A stretch of 63,330 nucleotides of DNA, the filler included, from Saprolegnia diclina VS20 (lineage: Eukaryota): NCBI RefSeq assembly GCF_000281045.1. It is 13 parts of 9 records of this genome, joined end to end, with 100 filler letters (N's around TTAATTAATTAA, not from the genome) between each part and the next. Parts side by side here need not be neighbours in the genome. Positions count along the whole stretch, not along the records: positions 53,111 to 62,171 come from NW_008246296.1; positions 62,272 to 63,330 come from NW_008246297.1; 11 more parts are not named here. One strand, 5' to 3'. Shown here piece after piece: positions 57,401-63,330 of this stretch. The position numbers were made by a program, and so were the translations under genes. The notes beneath the pieces are model-generated. The model saw nothing but the letters and a program-made list of their open reading frames with translations. It did no database searches and had not been told where the DNA came from. Position 1 is the first letter of the stretch, and each line of letters begins with the position of its first letter.

Positions 57401-60400
57401 AGCGCGCTGGTCCTCAAGTGGCTTGATGGCAGTACGCGGTGCGCGAAACCCCTTCGTGCCGCCCGCAATGCTGCCCTCGCGGTCCTCACACGCCTGCGCA
57501 ACTACAACGTCCAGACAACGCTGTCCCATATTGGTCGCGGACACAATGCGGTGGCCGACCATCTTGCCAACCGTGCGATGGGCATCCCGTCGATGGGGCT
57601 GCAGCCTGGCAACGGGTTGTTCTGCTCGTGCCCGTCACCGTCTCGCAGCTGTTGCCCCGACGGCATGTCGCTGCTGGTGGGCCACGATCCCCGCCATGAC
57701 GCTGGCGAGCCGCTGGTTGGGCCGTCTGGTGTCGCGCTTGGCCACTTTAGCTCCGCCACGCCAGCCCGTGCTCGGGGCTCTGCAGCGCCGCGGCCGCCAG
57801 CCTCTGCTGCCATGCCGCCAGTGCCGACGAGCTCCGTGGACGACGTGGACGACGAACCTGAGGCGTGCCTTAATGGCGGTGATGGCGGCACGACGACTTC
57901 GTATGCGACGCTCCGGGCCTCATATTTACGGGCGTCGGTGGCCGCTGCGGTGGCCACCTTGCCTGCGCCGCGCGTGTACCGCTGCATGCTGCGCCTCCCC
58001 GTGCGGTCTTCTGGATTGAACTCCGGGCCACTGAACGTGGTTGCGGAAGTCGTGCCTCAAGCTGATGATGATGACGACGCGTCTGCTATCTGGCTTTCGC
58101 ATCGACACTGCCCTGCGTACGCAGACGTTGGCCGCGTGGTCTGCCGCATTTACCTTGACGTTCTGCATGCCTCGCTGCATTGGCCTCGGGCTGCGTCAGG
58201 CTCTGTGCTCCGGTTTCTTGTGCCACACGACTGGCTGGCTCTGTTCCGTGGCCTCACCTCGACAACGGCTCCTCAGACTCCTGCCCATACCCAGTTCCAG
58301 CTTGTGGCCCCATTGCTGCAGCAACCGGTTGTACTTGTCGGGGTCGACCACGCTGTGACGTCGAGTCTTGAGCAGATCGCCCGCCAGCAGCTCCCCCTGC
58401 AACGCTTAGCGCGCGACATCTGCTACTGCGCTTCGAGACGCGGTGGCTGCCCCTTCCGGCCTCACTACGGCATCCATCCGCGGTTTCTGTCTGCTCTCCT
58501 GTCCTCGTCTGCTCCGCCGTCGTCGTCGGCAGCGCCGTCACCGTCTGCTACGCTGCCCTCGCCTGCAGCGCCGACTAGCCCAGTGGAACCTTCGGGCTCT
58601 GCTACCGATGGCGCCACGGTGCCTTTGCGCCGCGCTGTGACTGGTGGCATGCAGCCGCGCCGTGGCTTTGGGACGCGGACACGCCTCGCGCGCGCTGGTG
58701 CTGCGGCCTCCTCGTCCCGCATTGATGGAACGCCGTCGCCTACCCCGGAGTTGACGACCAACGCCACCTCGGTGTCGACACTCCCTCCCGACGGGCCTGC
58801 TCTACCGCTTGGTGGTCCCCCTTTACCGCCAGATGATGACTTGTGGCTTGACGTGGCGGCTGCACACGGCTCGTCTGATACGGACGTCAACGCACCTGTG
58901 TTTCCCGATGCACGACTCTCCCCGTTCACTGCGGCTTACGACCCCGCCGACTTTGCCAGCGACGATGAGGCGGCTTCAGCGACTGGGCCTACCGCTTCCG
59001 ACGAGGCTGTTGTCGCTGCCTCTGTGCCGTGTGTCGCTGCGCCGGTGGAAGATGACCGTGCGGATGTTGCCAACGCTGCGGGTGCTGGTTCCGTCGACGA
59101 CGGGGCTGCGGATACAGCTTCGGACGACGATGCGGCCGGTGTGGAGGTCGATGACGGCGCCGCGGGTACTGCTGCGGTCGCCACTGACGGCCCAGCCACG
59201 CCTCCTCCGCCGCCCTCCGCGCCCCTTGACCCGTTTGCGCGCCAGCCTCGGCTCCGTATCCCGGGACCCCTCCCAGACGCACTCGCCCACGTGATTGAGG
59301 ACGAGATCGCTGCGCTCTGCCGTCGCTTGGAAGTGGCCATTGAAGATGCTGCTGACTGGGACGCTGTTGAAGGTGCGGTTGCGTCCTTGCCGAGCGCCCT
59401 TGCAGCCACTCTCGGCCGCCATGCCAGCGCAATTGCTGCGGCGTCAGTCCGGCCGCCGACGCCACCGCCGCTCCGCGACGAGATCCTCGACCGGTGTGCG
59501 GCCCTGCGCGTGACCCAGCATCTCGAACCCAAGAACCGGCGCCTTGTCCAGCGTGCGCGTCGTCGTGTCGCGCGCACACGGGATGCCCGACGTCGTCTTG
59601 TCTTACGTGCGCGCTTTCCACACCACGAGCAGGAGGTGGTCCAGGGCATCTTCAACGCTGGCACTGCGGATCCGGCGCCGGCCACCACGTGCGCGATCCC
59701 TGTTGACGTGGTGCATGCTCACTTTGCCGGCCTTGGCGCGACGACCGAGCAGGCAGCTGACGAGGAGCTCCCTCCGGGTGTGTTTTGGGAGGCCCTCCGC
59801 CTCTTGCCGCTCGCGCGCGCTGGCTCTGACGAGGCGCTCTTGGCCCCAATCACGCTCGATGAGGTGGAGGACGCGCTCAACAATGTGACGTGCGGCACGG
59901 CTCCCGGCCTGGATGGGGTGCCATACGATGCCTACTACAAGTACCGCCTCGTGCTGCTCCCGTTGCTCACAACGCTCTTCAACCGTTGCTGGTCGGAACG
60001 GCGTGTCCCGGCGTCCTGGAAGGTCAGCATGACGACGCTGGTCCACAAGAAGGGCTCGGTCGACGACATTGCGAATTGGCGGCCGCTCGCGCTCCAGTCG
60101 ACGCTGTACAAGCTGTACGCAAGCATCACGAAGACGCGGCTGTCGGGCTGGCTCGAGACGAATGAGCGCCTCAACAACATGCAGAAGGGGTTCCGCGACT
60201 TCAACGGCTGCCACGAGCACAATTTTGTCGCGCAGACGCTCATGCAATCGACGCGGCGCACCAAGGGCAAGCTCTTTGTTGTGTGGTACGATCTCAAGAA
60301 CGCGTTTGGGTCGATGCCGCACAACTTTCTTTGGACCGTGCTGCGCCGACTCCGCGTCCCGGACGAGTTTGTCGAGCTGGTGCAGGACATCTACCGTGAT

Positions 60401-62171
60401 GCGGCCACGGTCGTGCTCACGAAGGATGGCCTGACGGCGCCCGTGCCCCAGAAGACGGGTGTGTTCCAGGGGTGCCCGCTGAGCCCGCTTCTCTTCATCG
60501 CGGGTTTGGCGCCGCTCATGGATGCGCTGGCGGCCGTCCGTGACACTGCCGGGGCCACGCTCGCTCCTGGTCTGCGCCAGACGGGCACAGCGTTTGCCGA
60601 TGACATCAAGATCTTCAGCAACTCGCGCGCCGGCATCCGCTCGCTGCACCAGCTCGTCTGCGACTTTTTGCGGTGGTCCAAGATGGAAGCCAACCCGACC
60701 AAGTGCGCGTTCTTGGGTTTTGAGCATGTAGGCAGCCGCTGCTGCCCTACGCCCGACGTCGAGCTGCTCCTTGGCGACCAAGCGATTCCTCACCTTGGCA
60801 CGGTTGACGACGGATACAAATACCTGGGCATCAAGGAAGCTTTCGACGATGTGACGGTGCGCTTCCAGCTGACCGACATGTTCCACGACCTCAAGTGCAA
60901 GATTACCCTGCTCTGCAAGTCCGGGCTGGCACCGTGGCAGATCATCCGCGCGATCAAGTCCCACATCTACTCGCGTTTGGAGTACCCACTACGCCACGTG
61001 CATGCGATGAAGTCGCAACTCGACGGGCTGACACGGCACCTCTGGACGGCCCTCCGTTCGCTGCTCAAGCTGCCCGTGTCGACCACGACGAGCTTCTTCT
61101 CGACACCAACGGACTGCGGTGGCCTTGGTCTTTTGCCCATTGAAGAGCAGCGGGATGCCGTCCTGCTTGCGCACTTGTACCAGATGCTCCACTCGCCGGA
61201 CGCTGACATTCGCACGATGGCCCGTCACGAGATCATGGCTGGCGCTCGAGCGGACTTCCACCTCCCCGAGGTGTCGGACTCTGACGGCGAAGTCGCTGAA
61301 GATCTCCTCCAGTCCTTCCTCAACGGCGAGCTCCAGACACTGCCAGGCGTCACGCCCAAGTCGCGCGTCGGGGCCAAGTCGACGATCGCAACCACGTTCC
61401 GGCTGCTCCTCAAGAAATACGAACTCAAGCTGACGTGCGAGCTGGGCAAGAACCTCCAGCTCAAGGTTGACGGCGTGGTCCTCACGACCAAGGACGTCAG
61501 TCGCCGGGTCAAACGTGCGCTCCAGCTCAAACACTATGAGAGATGGGGTGCATGCACCGACCAGGGACGAACCTTGGCCCATCATGGGGACATGGGATCC
61601 AAGTTCTTGACGTCTGGCGGTGGCTTATACGACAAGCAGTACCGGTTCGCCATCGCAGCGCGCCTCAACCAGGTGGATACGCGGTCTGTGCTCAAGCGCC
61701 GCCAACTGCGTGCCTCGGCAGTGTGTCGCCATTGTATTGATAGCGGCCGTCCGGAAACCCTCGCGCACGTTCTCCAACACTGCCCCCACAACCATGGTCT
61801 CATCACGCGCCGCCATGACGCGTCGCTCGACAAGATTGCTGCGGCGATACGCAAGGCCCTACCCACAGCGACGGTCAAGGTTAACGAGCTGGTGGATGGC
61901 TACAGCCCGCGCGCGCTACGACCCGACCTCCAAGTGTACTTCCAAACCGGCACGCGTCGCGTTGCTGTCCTCTTGGACCTCGCGATCACACTCGAGCACA
62001 CGGCCAACGGGACGCCCAATGGTTGCCCATTTGAACGCATCGCGCGCAAGAAGGAAGACAAGTACTCCGAGCTCGGGCTGCATTTGCGCCAGACGTGCGA
62101 TGAAGTCTACTGCACAGCCTTGGTGTATGGTGCCCTTGGATCTGTCTACAAGAAGAACGAGACGGCTCTCA
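54438..62171 (+). mobile_element. Utopia-like (NeSL-group, RLE) non-LTR retrotransposon inserted at U2 snRNA; 3' end in gap
   Basis: Starts at the U2 breakpoint; Pro/Ala-rich N-terminus, RNase H, RT, CCHC finger and PD-(D/E)xK endonuclease in that order. Confidence 0.9.
54501..62171 (+). CDS. Retrotransposon polyprotein: low-complexity N-terminus, RNase HI, RT, CCHC, restriction-like endonuclease (gap 56174-57038; apparent frameshift at 57132-57136)
   Basis: RNase H: LRFDGG, TNNTAE, IQGDSALV, HIGRGHNAVADHLAN; RT: APGLDG, NWRPLAL, QKGF, DLKNAFGS, GVFQGCPLSP, FADD, YKYLG; CRHC..ETLAHVLQHC; RHD; RPDL..D..KEDKY. Confidence 0.92.
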
Positions 62172-62505
62172 NNNNNNNNNNNNNNNNNNNNNNNNNNNNN
62201 NNNNNNNNNNNNNNNTTAATTAATTAANNNNNNNNNNNNNNNNNNNNNNNNNNNNNNNNNNNNNNNNNNNNTCATCGCCTTGTTTTTGAGACGCAGAGAA
62301 TGACAAGCGACATGCCCGCAGCCCCACAGATGAAGCGGGTGTGGTGCTCGATGTCGTTGTGTCGTTGCGTACTGGGAGGTGGGCCGGGTGAAAGACCGAG
62401 TAGATGCGAGTTTGTGGTTGGTGTAGACCACTTACCTTGGATTACCTAGAGTGACCGAATGCCGTGAAAGCATGGTAGATGATAGAGATAATGATAGAGC
62501 CGTTG

Positions 62506-62843
62506 TGGCAGAGTCGCGGTATTAGAACCTTCCCCAGTGAACTCGAGTCCACCGAGGCCGCCCGAGCATCGGAGGCGGTCGCAGATGCGCCGGCGCCCCG
62601 GTCGCATCGCTGTGGCTTACGCCCCCGTCTGCATATGTGAGACAGTTGTGCCTTGGTGCTGACTGGTGTCAAGCTGGCCGTTTTCATGTTTCCCCGCAGG
62701 ACTGCTATCGTCACGCGGGCCCGCTCGAAAATCTGGAGCGGTTGAGCCTTGATGCTGGACTAGGCCGAGCTGGCAGTGTCGTGGTCGTAGAACCTTCCCC
62801 AGTGAACTCGCGTCCACCGAGGCCGCCTGAACATCCGAGGCGG
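62506..62843. repeat. Imperfect ~73-bp direct repeat pair (62506-62578 and 62771-62843)
   Basis: Shared core tagaaccttccccagtgaactcg(a/c)gtccaccgaggccgcc, offset 265 bp. Confidence 0.8.
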
Positions 62844-63330
62844 GTGCAACGTTTTCCTTTGCCGTCGGGAACCGAGGCGTAGAATGTTGTGTCGTTGCTG
62901 GCGTGGGACTGGCCGACGTGGGAAGCGTCGGGTCCTCTTCGTGGCGTAAATTGCTTCAGCTGCCGTTTGGTGTTGCGTAATCACCGACTGCAGTGTCGCC
63001 ACGGTGCATGATGTCGTGACGCCGTCACGCTGTCGTAATGAGCCGTTGGCGTCGGGTTGATGCCGATCAAGTCGCAGCCTTGAGGACGATAAGCAAGCCG
63101 CCGCTGTCGTTGTCATCCAGTAGCGTCATGCTCCAGAGAGTGATGAGCACTGCGTCACCGCCGCGGCTGTCCTGACCAAGTGCACTCGGCCGAGTCGCTC
63201 ACAATGCCGTGGTAAGCATGCTCCTGGAGACCCCGCCGTGTGTGGGCCATGCCCTGCCGCTTATTGCCGTAATTGTCAGTAAGCAGCTTCTTGTTTGGCG
63301 TCGCCGGTGCCGTCGTCTTGCTGTGACGAC

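Overview
Gapped eukaryotic scaffold. It is GC-rich and gene-dense, with ~40-55 nt GT-AG introns and INR/FPR-type core promoters, which suggests an oomycete, probably Saprolegniales (inference). N-gaps carry an artificial TTAATTAATTAA linker. Housekeeping genes: HECT E3 ligase, ankyrin-repeat protein, Rab escort protein, HSF-domain factor, peroxisomal uricase, PH-START protein, C2 protein and intronless APC1. Expanded families: two GH17 beta-1,3-glucanases, five tandem copies of an uncharacterised multipass membrane protein and ABCG half-transporter pieces. The strongest signal is at 54406-62171, where the first 32 nt of a U2 snRNA gene are fused directly to an RLE-type non-LTR retrotransposon with an RNase H upstream of its RT, i.e. 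a Utopia-like U2-targeting element. Items the ORF track does not show include a gene with a catalytically dead USP-like domain plus Cys/His fingers, and a convergent 9-exon Myb/homeodomain-like gene. Also hidden are two inverted near-identical bacterial-like TPR genes flanking APC1, a 1.25 kb element with 45-bp terminal inverted repeats, two abutting perfect palindromes and several frameshifted pseudogenes.
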